64,000 nt of DNA, taken from positions 1 to 64,000 of IMG/VR virus record IMGVR_UViG_3300045988_169015; one strand, 5' to 3'. Below the pieces are notes generated by a model. It ran no database searches, was not told the origin of the DNA, and saw only the letters and a program-made list of their open reading frames with translations. Shown here in pieces: positions 16,341 through 26,443 of this stretch. Numbering within the stretch: the first letter of the stretch is position 1; the number at the start of each line of letters is the position of its first letter. The stretch comes from a virus. The translations under genes and the position numbers were made by a program.

Positions 16341-17882
16341 ATGGCTGATTGTTTTATTACAAGAAGAGGATATGGAAGTAGCGGGGAAGGTTCAAGCAAA
16401 GTTACTCCTGAAAAATTAGGTTATGTATCGGGGGCAAGCGCTTTTTTTGATGGCAGATGGAACACCCCTTACGGACATGTTTCCGATGGTTCATTGTGGA
16501 CTGATTTGGTTCACGAAAAGAGCGCCTATCGAGTTTCTATGGGAGATACTGAAGCTAAGGACTACATTGATGCGGATTACTACATTAAGCCAGCCATAGC
16601 CAGTGGCAGTATTGTCTTACCGATAGATATGTCAACTTACAGCAGTTTTACCGTAGAAGCTGTAGTAAGAATTATTTCTTTGGATAGCTACCAGAGTGAT
16701 ATAATCAATACTTATGCAAGTGACAATTACGGCGGTTTCGGTATTACAGCGGAAAACTCTACAAAGATTACACTTCAGGCATATTCAGGCGGTTGGAAAA
16801 ATATGTCTTCGACTTATACTAAAGGTGAAATTGTCTATGTGGCAATGACATTTGACGGTAGCTCGCTGAAGTCCTATATAAATGGAATTTATTTATCTGA
16901 AGCAAGCTGCACAAATAGAATAACGAATGCGTTATTTCCGTGTCTTGGCGTTAAAGCAGGAGGAAAGAATGAACACGCTGGCGGTCAGAGCTATTACTAC
17001 AGGGCTGCTATTTATGATAAGGTGCTAACCGCTGATGAAATTACTCAGAACTACAACAGGGACGTATATAGGTATGTTAATGGCAATGCGGATGATATTG
17101 ATGATAGTGACAGTGGGGATAAACCATCTGCTACAGTTGAAAAATCAACTGTCTCTTTCACTGCAAATATAACTTCCACATCAAAATATACCGTAGAATA
17201 TAAGACACTATATGATACCGCCCCCGCTTTTGAATTATACATAAATGATGAATTAAAAGGCACTTATGACACCGTGACCAATAATACTGTAGTCATAGAT
17301 TTAGCAGATCTCGCCTTGTCTATTTCTAAAGCAAAAGTAGTTATCAAGTCAACATCTTACTACGTCGGAATTTCACGGGTATATTTTCGTAGTTCTATAA
17401 ATATGACAGCTGACACGACAACAACCGATGAGGGTGATATAATAGCCTCCGCAGGTAGCTATCGCTCAGGCTGCAATCCATATTATGCTTTTGATGGCTC
17501 AACGACTACAAGTAGTTACTGGTTGGCAAATGATAAAACTACCCCAACATGGCTGCAAATACAATTTCCAACAGCAAAGGTGCTGAAAAGCTTTATTATG
17601 TATAAGGCTCATACACAATATGACGATTGTGTAAAAGCCTTTACTCTGCAAGGGTCTAATGATGGTTCTTCCTATACTGATTTGGGTAATTATGTTTTCT
17701 CTGAAAATCTTATAGAAGTATTCAGTAAAACATTTGAAGTTAATAATAGCACTGCCTATACGACTTATAGATTCTATATCAAGTCTGCAAATAACTATCC
17801 GATGATAAATGAGATATCAATGTTTTTTGATGAAGACATCAATATCATCAACGAGCTGTCTATTGTTAATAGTTTGCGGTGA
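16341..17882 (+). CDS. receptor-binding-type protein with LamG-like and discoidin (F5/8 type C)-like domains
   Basis: LamG-like stretch (GSSLKSYINGIYLSE ... AAIYDKVLTADEITQNY). C-terminal YYAFDGSTTTSSYWLA..TWLQIQFP..FTLQGSNDGSSY. Confidence 0.65.
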   Translation: MADCFITRRGYGSSGEGSSKVTPEKLGYVSGASAFFDGRWNTPYGHVSDGSLWTDLVHEKSAYRVSMGDTEAKDYIDADYYIKPAIASGSIVLPIDMSTYSSFTVEAVVRIISLDSYQSDIINTYASDNYGGFGITAENSTKITLQAYSGGWKNMSSTYTKGEIVYVAMTFDGSSLKSYINGIYLSEASCTNRITNALFPCLGVKAGGKNEHAGGQSYYYRAAIYDKVLTADEITQNYNRDVYRYVNGNADDIDDSDSGDKPSATVEKSTVSFTANITSTSKYTVEYKTLYDTAPAFELYINDELKGTYDTVTNNTVVIDLADLALSISKAKVVIKSTSYYVGISRVYFRSSINMTADTTTTDEGDIIASAGSYRSGCNPYYAFDGSTTTSSYWLANDKTTPTWLQIQFPTAKVLKSFIMYKAHTQYDDCVKAFTLQGSNDGSSYTDLGNYVFSENLIEVFSKTFEVNNSTAYTTYRFYIKSANNYPMINEISMFFDEDINIINELSIVNSLR

Positions 17883-17895
17883 AGGTGAGTACATA

Positions 17896-18246
17896 ATGAA
17901 AAAGCGTAAGATGGAATTTTCTAAGAAATGGCTTATAGGCTGTATTTGCGTTAGCCTATTCTTCACGTTGGCTTCATACGTTCTGGCGTGGTTCGACAAG
18001 AACGCCGTAGAAACACTTAGCATAACGATCATTGAGACACTGTGGGGAACTTCCGCAGTGTCCTTTGTATTTTATGCGGGGCTTAACGGCGTGAGAGCCT
18101 ATACCGGCAGCAAGTGGGGCATTCCAACAGATGAGATGGACAAAGCAATTACAGATGAAGAGCCGGAAGAGATAAACTATTCAAACCGATATGACACCGA
18201 TGATATGTCGGTGGAAGATATTTTAGACGAATATGACAGGCGGTGA
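17896..18246 (+). CDS. two-TM membrane protein, possible holin
   Basis: ATG 17896 with GAAGGTGAG RBS. Two hydrophobic helices and an acidic C-terminus. It lies immediately before the endolysin. Confidence 0.45.
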   Translation: MKKRKMEFSKKWLIGCICVSLFFTLASYVLAWFDKNAVETLSITIIETLWGTSAVSFVFYAGLNGVRAYTGSKWGIPTDEMDKAITDEEPEEINYSNRYDTDDMSVEDILDEYDRR

Positions 18247-18250
18247 TTAC

Positions 18251-19468
18251 ATGGAATTGATTGCAAAAGGTGCAGATATCTCTAAACACAATGGAAACAT
18301 TGACTGGAACAGAGTTAAGAAGACCGAGGTTAACTTTGTGATTATCAGAGCTGGATTTGGCTTTAATACGGTTGATCCGATGTTTAAGACCTACATTGAA
18401 AATGCTATAAAATGCGGACTTGATATCGGGATATACTGGTTTAGCTATGCAGGAAGTGTGGCTGATGCGAAAAAGGAAGCAGAGTTCTGTCTCAAGACGA
18501 TATCGCCCTACAGAAAGAGTATAAATTATCCTGTGTTTTTCGACTGGGAGAACGACAGCTACAACTACGTAAAGCGAACATACGGTATAACGCCTACCAA
18601 AAAGCTTGTGTCTGATATGGCTGTAGAATTTATGGACACTATCGGACAGGCTGGGTACAAGGTTGGCAACTACAACAGTGTAAGTTACCTGAACACATTT
18701 TTCGATGACAGGGTTAAAGAGAACTATGACACTTGGGTAGCTCACGTAAGAGACGCCAACGGAAATCCTCTGGAAAAGACAAGCTACAAAGGCAAGTATG
18801 TTATTCATCAGTACTCATGGGTCGGACGACCGAGCGGTTTCTCCTCTAAGACCGATATGGATTACTGTTATAAGGATTATACCGGTAAGGGTACAGCTAC
18901 AAAAACTGAGACGGTTAAATCGTCAAAGTATGTTGTTCCCGATAATATCACATTTAAAGTACCAACATCTAAGAATGTGATTACGACCTATCCGCTGAAA
19001 ACTTATGGAGAAACCAAGATTTCTGACCATTTCAAGGTCAAAGAGTTTACCAGTAAATCGGGCAGTAAGGTCTATTCGGATAAAGTCAAAATACATAACA
19101 AGCTGATTGAAATTCTGGAAGCCCTGTATGCAAAACTGGACTGCTCGATGATTATAGTCAACAGTGGTTACAGGACTGCGGAGCATGACAAAGCGGTCGG
19201 TGGTAATGGGTCGGGCTATCATGTTCTCGGAAGAGCAGCGGATATTGTCTGCTATGACAAAAACAAGAAAATAATCGACGCTAAGATTGTGTGCGTAACG
19301 CTGGAAGAGATGGGTGGAATATACGGTATAGGGTATATCAACAGTCGGGCTGTCCATGTGGATACGAGACCCAAGGCTTCTCAGTGGTATGGCGACGAAG
19401 CCAAACGTGGAGCGCCCAGTATCACGAAGCTTGGATACAAGTCTTTCCGTGATTATTTCAAGATGTAA
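18251..19468 (+). CDS. bifunctional endolysin: GH25 muramidase + M15-type zinc peptidase
   Basis: N-terminal GADISKHNGNIDW..FVIIRAGFG..IGIYWFSYA (GH25 pattern). C-terminal SGYRTAEHDKAVGG..SGYHVLGRAADI..VHVDTR (M15 His/Asp/His pattern). An ATG at 18233 is possible but lacks an RBS. Confidence 0.8.
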   Translation: MELIAKGADISKHNGNIDWNRVKKTEVNFVIIRAGFGFNTVDPMFKTYIENAIKCGLDIGIYWFSYAGSVADAKKEAEFCLKTISPYRKSINYPVFFDWENDSYNYVKRTYGITPTKKLVSDMAVEFMDTIGQAGYKVGNYNSVSYLNTFFDDRVKENYDTWVAHVRDANGNPLEKTSYKGKYVIHQYSWVGRPSGFSSKTDMDYCYKDYTGKGTATKTETVKSSKYVVPDNITFKVPTSKNVITTYPLKTYGETKISDHFKVKEFTSKSGSKVYSDKVKIHNKLIEILEALYAKLDCSMIIVNSGYRTAEHDKAVGGNGSGYHVLGRAADIVCYDKNKKIIDAKIVCVTLEEMGGIYGIGYINSRAVHVDTRPKASQWYGDEAKRGAPSITKLGYKSFRDYFKM

Positions 19469-19486
19469 CAGAAAGGAAGTTTTATT

Positions 19487-19831
19487 ATGACAATCGACAT
19501 TACAACTATCATTGAGCTGGTTATTGCCCTGCTCGGCACAATTATTACTGTTATTGTAATACCTTGGATCAAGACTAAGTTGAACAATGAACAGTGGAAC
19601 ACTCTTAATGAGTATGCGATCGTATTTGTAAAGGCTGCGGAAATGCTCTTCAATGGAACAAATCTTGGCAAGGATAAGAAGAAGTGGGTAATTGAGAAGC
19701 TCACTGCAATCGCAGAGGAACATCATCTGAAGTTTTCGGCAGATGCAATAGAGGCTGCTATTGAAAATGCGGTCAAGAACATGAACGACATACTGGAGAT
19801 CACGGACTATAAGCCTGAAATCTCGGAATGA
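19487..19831 (+). CDS. holin, LL-H-like (single N-terminal TM)
   Basis: N-terminal helix IIELVIALLGTIITVIVIPWI followed by an amphipathic tail. AAAGGAAG RBS. It follows the endolysin. Confidence 0.55.
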   Translation: MTIDITTIIELVIALLGTIITVIVIPWIKTKLNNEQWNTLNEYAIVFVKAAEMLFNGTNLGKDKKKWVIEKLTAIAEEHHLKFSADAIEAAIENAVKNMNDILEITDYKPEISE

Positions 19832-19839
19832 GGTGGGTT

Positions 19840-20211
19840 ATGTCTGTTGAATTTAATGAGAATTATCTCACAGCACTTACTCAGGTTGATGAGAGAAGCA
19901 AGAGCAACTCGCATCGTCTGGACGAAGCGGAGGCTGATATTCGAGACCTTAAAGAAAAGAATACCGCCTTGATCGAGATGTCTGCGAGTATAAAAAATCT
20001 CTCAGAAGGTATAGTTGATATCAAAGCCGATGTTAAGGACATAAAAGTAGAACAGGGAGCATTAAAGAATGAAGTTTCTGACTTAAAGAATGCTCCCGAT
20101 AAAGTTCAAGCCACATGGTTCAAAGACATTGGCAAACTTATAGTTACTGCTATAGTGACTGGTGTTGTAGCTTTTGTTCTTGGAAGCTGCTTCCCTATTA
20201 TTTTCAAGTAA
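19840..20211 (+). CDS. XhlA-like lysis accessory protein
   Basis: ATG 19840 with GAGGTGG RBS. Coiled coil plus a C-terminal TM (LIVTAIVTGVVAFVLGSCFPIIF). Confidence 0.5.
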   Translation: MSVEFNENYLTALTQVDERSKSNSHRLDEAEADIRDLKEKNTALIEMSASIKNLSEGIVDIKADVKDIKVEQGALKNEVSDLKNAPDKVQATWFKDIGKLIVTAIVTGVVAFVLGSCFPIIFK

Positions 20212-20217
20212 AACAAT

Positions 20218-20247
20218 AAGAGGCTACTGCGTATAGTAGCCTCTTTT
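20218..20247. terminator. bidirectional rho-independent terminator
   Basis: Perfect 11-bp stem AAGAGGCTACT/AGTAGCCTCTT with a 6-nt loop, flanked by T-rich tracts on both strands. It lies between convergent genes. Confidence 0.8.
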
Positions 20248-20251
20248 GATA

Positions 20252-20650
20252 TTACTTATCCTTTAAAAGCTTGCTCACATAAGACTGTGACATTCCCAAC
20301 TCATGCGCAATATCTTTTTGGCTCTTGCCTCTTTTAATCATTTCTTCAATAATTGGTCGATTGCTCTTCTTTTCATTTTGACAAGGGTGGGCAGTTGCTT
20401 TTATTTCTCCTCCGCCATTGGAAAATGTATTGAATGTAGCTGTAAAAACACTGTCTGATTTTGTTTGACGAATAACAAAGGAACCATTTTTGGAAGAAAA
20501 TTCAGTGTTAGGTTCTTTTATAATTTCGCCTATTGTTTTGTTTAAAAGAGCCGATGGCACTAAAAGTTGGGATAAATCAGTCATTTCACATGACTCATCT
20601 GGTTCAGGAACCGTAGGCAGTTCTTTTTCGTTTGTGTTTGTAGTAACCAT
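20252..20650 (-). CDS. small DNA-binding protein with C-terminal HTH
   Basis: AAAGGAG RBS. C-terminal KSQKDIAHELGMSQSYVSKLLK is a helix-turn-helix pattern. Confidence 0.6.
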   Translation of the reverse strand: MVTTNTNEKELPTVPEPDESCEMTDLSQLLVPSALLNKTIGEIIKEPNTEFSSKNGSFVIRQTKSDSVFTATFNTFSNGGGEIKATAHPCQNEKKSNRPIIEEMIKRGKSQKDIAHELGMSQSYVSKLLKDK

Positions 20651-20703
20651 AAATATTCTCCTTTATTAGTATTATTAACATTAAAATGAATTTCATTACC
20701 AAT

Positions 20704-20732
20704 AATATACCTCGTTTTCAATGTTTTGTCAA
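20704..20732 (-). promoter_or_regulatory. sigma-A-type promoter for the HTH gene
   Basis: Minus strand TTGACA, 17 nt, TATATT, about 50 nt upstream of the ATG at 20650. Confidence 0.5.
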
Positions 20733-20797
20733 GCTTTTAGGATAAAACATTTCATTTTCAGCGTTTTGCACAAAATCTTATAGAAAGGATTGATAAT

Positions 20798-21034
20798 ATG
20801 GCTGGTATAAAAAGTAAATACGGCAACGATTATAATACCCCCATTAGCGAGTATGTCTTGACCGACAAAACCGAAATAGCCGATCTCCCTACAACCACGT
20901 CTGACGCAAAGGGTAAGTTTGCCAATGATGTGAGCTTCAAAACCCGCCCTGCAATCGGTTCAGTAGCGCAGGTAATCGACAGCACTGGGCTTGCTGTTTA
21001 TATGCTTTCGAGTTCGGGCTGGGTAGAAATATAA
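20798..21034 (+). CDS. small protein, first gene of second fibre operon
   Basis: 78 aa with AAAGGA RBS. Confidence 0.5.
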   Translation: MAGIKSKYGNDYNTPISEYVLTDKTEIADLPTTTSDAKGKFANDVSFKTRPAIGSVAQVIDSTGLAVYMLSSSGWVEI

Positions 21035-21064
21035 TAATCGACAATAAGAAAGGAAGGTGACACT

Positions 21065-22777
21065 ATGGATATAGTAACTTATGGCGTACTCTCTAAGAGA
21101 ATCAATGGCATTTTAAGCGGAGTTAAGTCCACTGAAATCCAAGGCACAAGTTTGATTTTCAACTTTACAGACGGAACTTCTCAGACTATGACATTTCCAA
21201 TTCCTGCGGACGGTAAAGATGGCGCAAATGGTATTTCTATTGTAGGATTAGAAATTACCCCAACTAATCATTTAATAGGTACTTTTTCTGATGGCTCTGT
21301 TGTCGATGCGGGTCTAATAACAACGATAAGAGGTGAACGTGGCTATACAGGCACCGCAGGTAAAGACGGCAAGGACGGTACTAACGGTGCTGATGGTGTA
21401 GATGGCATCTCTCCTACTGTTACTATTACAGAAGCTACAGGCAGACACACTGTATCTATTACTGATAAAGACGGTGTAAAATCTTTTGTCGTCAAAGACG
21501 GCTCTGCTCTTGATGTAGATAATTACTATACTAAGGACGAAGTTATTGCAGAACTTGCTACAAAAGCAAATATAGTTGATATTCCTGTCGTACCCGTAAA
21601 TGTATCAGAGTTTACTAATGATGCAGGATATATTAAGAATACTGTAGACAATCTTATTCATTATTATAATAAGGCTGACGTTTATACTCAGACGGAAGTT
21701 AATATGCTGATTTCTAATATCAATAAGCTTACTTCTCAAATAGTTGACCAACTTCCTACAGAAGATATTGATACGAGCGTTATTTATCTGATTAAGCAGG
21801 AAGATGCTAATGCTTATATGCAGTATATGTATATAAACAGTGCTTGGGCGGAGCTTGGCACTACTCAGGTCGATTTGTCAGATTATTACAAGAAGTCTGA
21901 GGTTGATACAAAATTAGCGGAGAAAGCCAATAAGACAGAACTTCCTACGGTTCCAAGTGTAGTTTCTGCGTTTACTAATGATGCAGGCTATTTGACTGAG
22001 TACGCCGAAACTGACCCTACAGTTCCCGCTTGGGCGAAAGCTGAAAATAAACCAACCTATACTGCGGCGGAGGTGGGTGCGCTTCCTGAAGATACTGAAA
22101 TCCCTATTTTCACCAATAAAGCAGTTCTCGATAAAATCAGCGAAGAGAAGGTTGAGAGCTGGGACGAAGCAGTAACCTCCGCACATACTCACGATAATAA
22201 AATCGTTCTTGATAAGTTTACAGAGTCTGATGAGGGTGAAGTCCTTTATAAAGGTAAACAAATAGCAAGCGGTAATCTCTGGAATGGTACTAAGGAAGAG
22301 TTTGATGCTATTGAGAATAAAGACCCAGATACTACTTATGTGATTACTGATGATAAAGATGATGAAGTGTCACTCAGTGATTTAGTAATCGACGATAGTT
22401 CTACTACATCTGAAAAAAAGTCTTGGTCTGTGAAGAAGATAAATGATACTGTTGTTTTGAAAAATACTGGAATATTATATAAAAACGCTCCGACATCTTC
22501 AGGAATGACAACCTTTACATTAGATATATCCTCTTTAGGACTGACCCACGGCATATATCATTTTAAATGTTATATAGTAGGTAATGGCAATGTCGCTCAT
22601 TGTGCTGAAGGCAGTATTGGACAATATGATGGTAGTTATTATATATCTATTGATTATAAATCATCTCACATTTCCAATATCATTATAAACGGAACAACAA
22701 TTACAGTCACAACTTCTACAGCTCATTATAATCTTAGTTTTTCTATTCAATCAATATATGATTGGGCAGAATCATAA
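21065..22777 (+). CDS. tail fibre protein with collagen-like repeats
   Basis: GERGYTGTAGKDGKDGTNGADGVDG. The (E/A)FTNDAGY motif is repeated. AAAGGAAGGTG RBS. Confidence 0.7.
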   Translation: MDIVTYGVLSKRINGILSGVKSTEIQGTSLIFNFTDGTSQTMTFPIPADGKDGANGISIVGLEITPTNHLIGTFSDGSVVDAGLITTIRGERGYTGTAGKDGKDGTNGADGVDGISPTVTITEATGRHTVSITDKDGVKSFVVKDGSALDVDNYYTKDEVIAELATKANIVDIPVVPVNVSEFTNDAGYIKNTVDNLIHYYNKADVYTQTEVNMLISNINKLTSQIVDQLPTEDIDTSVIYLIKQEDANAYMQYMYINSAWAELGTTQVDLSDYYKKSEVDTKLAEKANKTELPTVPSVVSAFTNDAGYLTEYAETDPTVPAWAKAENKPTYTAAEVGALPEDTEIPIFTNKAVLDKISEEKVESWDEAVTSAHTHDNKIVLDKFTESDEGEVLYKGKQIASGNLWNGTKEEFDAIENKDPDTTYVITDDKDDEVSLSDLVIDDSSTTSEKKSWSVKKINDTVVLKNTGILYKNAPTSSGMTTFTLDISSLGLTHGIYHFKCYIVGNGNVAHCAEGSIGQYDGSYYISIDYKSSHISNIIINGTTITVTTSTAHYNLSFSIQSIYDWAES

Positions 22778-22797
22778 AAAAAGGAGAGTGAAACAAT

Positions 22798-23748
22798 ATG
22801 TCAATATATCAAGGCGACCAGAAAGTCGCAAATAATATAACTATCGAAAACGCTTCATATTCTGTGCCTATTGGTACAATTATCAGTTATGCCTCCACTA
22901 CTCTCCCTATAGGTTTCTTGCTTTGTGATGGCTCGGAGATATCAAAGACTGACTACGCTGATTTATATATTGTTATTGGCAACAAGTTCGGCACAGCTAC
23001 AGATACTACGAAGTTTAGGCTCCCTGATTTGAGAAATAGATTTATTCAGGGTGCTAATGGTAATTTAGGTGCAAGTAAAGACGCTGGACTTCCGAACATT
23101 ACTGGTACATTTTATCACGATACAAATGCAAAAGCTGGACTATCGGGCGCATTTGCATCATATGAAAGTACAGGTCGGCAAAATTTAGCGAACGACCCAC
23201 CAACAAATTCTGGTTTAATAACATTTGATGCTTCAAAATCAAATTCAATTTATGGCAACTCAGACACTGTCCAGCCACCCTCTGTTTGTTTAACATTTAT
23301 CATAAAAGCAGAGAAGGTTGGTGCTCAGTATACAGAGGCGGTCGGTGCGTTAATTGATGATACTTCTGTTAATTCCAATAAGGTTTGGAGCAGTCAAAAG
23401 ATAAATGAAGAATGTATAAAGGTTCATAAAAAAAATACAAGCGTTACAACAGCAGTATATCAATGGTTTACTGCCAGATATGACCCTCAAACGAAACAGG
23501 TATCAATAACAATTCCTATAACTATTGCTGATGATGTATCTAATGTGTCACTTGACTTTGGGGATAAAGGAATCCTCTTACATACTGGAAGTGATGAAGT
23601 TGAGCAGACTCCTACGCAAGTTAGTGCCATTGGCATAGAAGATTCAAAAAGTTTAGGATTGCTTAGATTTGATATGAAAGTTGATTCTGGTGACGCTTCG
23701 ATTAATTGTATTGCTATTCCAGCTGGAACAACTATTACATTTAGCTAA
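22798..23748 (+). CDS. phage tail collar domain fibre protein
   Basis: IGTIISYA..LPIGFLLCDGSEISKTDYADLY..IGNKFG..FRLPDLRNRFIQG matches the tail-collar pattern. Confidence 0.7.
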   Translation: MSIYQGDQKVANNITIENASYSVPIGTIISYASTTLPIGFLLCDGSEISKTDYADLYIVIGNKFGTATDTTKFRLPDLRNRFIQGANGNLGASKDAGLPNITGTFYHDTNAKAGLSGAFASYESTGRQNLANDPPTNSGLITFDASKSNSIYGNSDTVQPPSVCLTFIIKAEKVGAQYTEAVGALIDDTSVNSNKVWSSQKINEECIKVHKKNTSVTTAVYQWFTARYDPQTKQVSITIPITIADDVSNVSLDFGDKGILLHTGSDEVEQTPTQVSAIGIEDSKSLGLLRFDMKVDSGDASINCIAIPAGTTITFS

Positions 23749-23850
23749 AAAGGATAAAAGAAATATCCCATCGCAAATGTTTACAACATAAATAATACTT
23801 CTTATTCTATGTCTAACTGATGATTCCAAATATTGAAAGTAGGTGATGAT

Positions 23851-24261
23851 GTGTTTGATATTACTACTCGCAAGGATATTGTTAATATTCGGCTCACTCG
23901 TGGAGACACCGCAGTCATTGAGACCATTCCTGTAATCGACGTTGACGAGGACGGTAAGATAACAGATGTGGATCAACCTATTACGCTTAGAGGAGACGAT
24001 AAAGTCCTCTTTTGCGTAGGCAGTGCCACCGGAAGAATTTACTTAAAGAAAGTGCTGACTGCTGATGATTACGATGATGCAGGTGTTCTTGCTGTGATAC
24101 TTAAACCATCGGACACCATACATTTACAGCCTTTTAACTACAATTTTGATTTTACTTACTTGCCTGAAAGCGGAGATGCTTACACCTACGCTTCGGGCAT
24201 TTTTAGTCTAATCGATACGATCGGAACTATTGAGAATGTGGGTGATGGCAATGGTGGTTAA
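23851..24261 (+). CDS. hypothetical fibre-locus protein
   Basis: GTG 23851 with AGGTGA just upstream. The ORF-track TTG at 23833 lacks an RBS. Confidence 0.45.
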   Translation: MFDITTRKDIVNIRLTRGDTAVIETIPVIDVDEDGKITDVDQPITLRGDDKVLFCVGSATGRIYLKKVLTADDYDDAGVLAVILKPSDTIHLQPFNYNFDFTYLPESGDAYTYASGIFSLIDTIGTIENVGDGNGG

Positions 24262-24481
24262 AGGTATTGTAAAGACTGGTTCTGGTGGAACAACTGTAAA
24301 TAAGGAGCTGTATTTTAATACACGCCTTGAATTTCCTGCCGTTGGTAAAGAGAATATACTATATATTGCAACAGACGAAGACCTGATATACAGGTTTGAT
24401 GCTGAAACGGTATCGTATATTTGTCTTAGCGGCGGAGACAGTGATATAAATAGCATAAAGGTAATTCAAGGTATTTTATAA
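24251..24481 (+). CDS. hypothetical small fibre-locus protein
   Basis: ATG 24251 with GGTGA 6 nt upstream. It overlaps the upstream stop. Confidence 0.4.
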   Translation: MVVKGIVKTGSGGTTVNKELYFNTRLEFPAVGKENILYIATDEDLIYRFDAETVSYICLSGGDSDINSIKVIQGIL

Positions 24482-24497
24482 GAAAGGATTGATTCAA

Positions 24498-25202
24498 ATG
24501 ACTACGATGAATGTAAAGGTACTGCACGTATCCAAGACTACAGCGCAGTGGGCTGATGTAACTGATGTAATATCTAAGGGCTTGCTTTGCGTAGAGTTTA
24601 CTGCTGACGGCAAGACCAAGCTCAAGGTCGGTAACGGTACAGATACATATGCTGATCTTCCCTATGCTGGTGGGGATATTGACATCACAAAGTATTCTAC
24701 TACTGAGGAAGTCAACAACGCTATATCTGAGGCTGTTTCCGCTCTTGGAAATCTTATGACCGTTAAGGGCATCGTTGAAGATACTACTAAGCTGCCTACT
24801 ACCAATAATAAGGTAGGAGACGTATATCTTGTTGGTGTCCAAGGTGAAACCACTGATAGTTTTTCCGAGTACGTTTGGACTGAGAACAACAAGTGGGAAT
24901 TTATGGGCAGGGTTGCTACTGAAGTCAGCCTTGATGCTTATGCGACCAAGGTTTGGGTAACAGAACAGCTTACCGGTCTTAATGATGCAAAGCACACCCA
25001 CACCAACAAGGATATTCTTGATGCGACCACTGCGTCTTTTACAACTGAGTTGGAGACAAAGCTCAACGGTCTGAAGAATACAACGGTAGATGGCGAGATC
25101 TCCGACGTCTCTGAAAATCCTGTACAGAACAAGGTCATCAAGACTGCACTTGACGACAAGATTGACAAGACAGATACTCTTGTACTTAACTGCACATTGT
25201 AA
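24498..25202 (+). CDS. tail fibre-like protein
   Basis: ATG 24498 with AAAGGA upstream. Fibre-like Thr/Asn-rich sequence, including AKHTHTNKDILD. Confidence 0.55.
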   Translation: MTTMNVKVLHVSKTTAQWADVTDVISKGLLCVEFTADGKTKLKVGNGTDTYADLPYAGGDIDITKYSTTEEVNNAISEAVSALGNLMTVKGIVEDTTKLPTTNNKVGDVYLVGVQGETTDSFSEYVWTENNKWEFMGRVATEVSLDAYATKVWVTEQLTGLNDAKHTHTNKDILDATTASFTTELETKLNGLKNTTVDGEISDVSENPVQNKVIKTALDDKIDKTDTLVLNCTL

Positions 25203-25213
25203 AAGGTGGTCTT

Positions 25214-26428
25214 ATGGCTGAAAGAATTTTCGATAACGTCAAGATAACAAGCAGCTTCGAAATACCTGAAGCCAGAGAAAATTTAGTTTCAGGAGAAACA
25301 CTTGGAAAGCTATTTGGTAAGATAGCTAAAGTAATTGATGATCTTGATCCGAGTGCGTTTGAAGGGTTTCCCGTTTACCAAAACACGACTGCAGAGTGGG
25401 ACAAGCAGAAATCTCTTATTGCCGAAAATGGTGTTATATACGTTTACACTGACTACTCTTTTACTGGCAGTGATGGAAATACCTGCGTTGTTCCCAACAT
25501 CAAAATAGGTGACGGCAAGGCGTATTTAATTGATACACCTTTTATTACAACCATTACTTCGGAGCTATTAGCAATTCATGAGAATGACACTATTAAGCAT
25601 ATTACCAATGAAGAAAGGCTTAAGTGGAATAATATAGCAAGTTCGTCTGACTTTGGAATGGTAAAGACCACTTCAGCAGTGACCAATACAACTGGTTTTA
25701 CAGCTTGTCCGATAGTTGAAGGAGTTCCTTATTACTATGACCATACATATTCCATTATGACTGCGGCAACTGAGTCTGCAAATGGTAAGTACGGTTTAGT
25801 ACCCAGTCCCGCTGCGGGCAAACAGAACAGTTTCCTTCGTGGTGATGGAACATGGGCAGATGTTACAGCAAGTGATTGTCTTCCTCTTGCGGGCGGAACT
25901 ATGACAGGTACAATAAAATCTAATGCTCAGTATCCTCTTATTGTCAACGATGGAGATAGTAAGGCTTACGGTTTCCCTCTTAGGGTTAATAAGTCTGACG
26001 GAACAGCGATGTGTAACATAGCAACTCAGCATACAGATGCCTTGAACGCTTTGTTATTCCAGATTTACGAGCCAAGTGATACCTCAAAGTATGCTTATTT
26101 TAATATTTACGCAGATCCCTCTACTGGCTATCGCATGGCGACTAACTGTACAATGCCCAAAAACTACACGGCAGGTACTGTATTATACGGCAACAAAGCG
26201 ACAACCGTAACGCTAAACTATAAACCATCTGCTGTTCTGCTCTATTGTGAAGCAGTAAACACCGGAGGCTGGGCTGTTATGGGATTAAATGCTTCTCATT
26301 TGACATCAACAGGATTTACTATTCCTGCCGGAGAAGCAGACAATAGCTCCGTGTATTGTTTTGCGCTGAAGGGTGGTTCATACTCGCCTTTTCTCGGTTC
26401 AACAGTCCATTATGTAGCATTTAAGTAA
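25214..26428 (+). CDS. tail fibre-like protein
   Basis: GLVPSPAAGKQNSFLRGDGTWADV is a motif common in phage fibres. AAAGGTGG RBS. Confidence 0.6.
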   Translation: MAERIFDNVKITSSFEIPEARENLVSGETLGKLFGKIAKVIDDLDPSAFEGFPVYQNTTAEWDKQKSLIAENGVIYVYTDYSFTGSDGNTCVVPNIKIGDGKAYLIDTPFITTITSELLAIHENDTIKHITNEERLKWNNIASSSDFGMVKTTSAVTNTTGFTACPIVEGVPYYYDHTYSIMTAATESANGKYGLVPSPAAGKQNSFLRGDGTWADVTASDCLPLAGGTMTGTIKSNAQYPLIVNDGDSKAYGFPLRVNKSDGTAMCNIATQHTDALNALLFQIYEPSDTSKYAYFNIYADPSTGYRMATNCTMPKNYTAGTVLYGNKATTVTLNYKPSAVLLYCEAVNTGGWAVMGLNASHLTSTGFTIPAGEADNSSVYCFALKGGSYSPFLGSTVHYVAFK

Positions 26429-26443
26429 TAAGGAGGGATAAGT

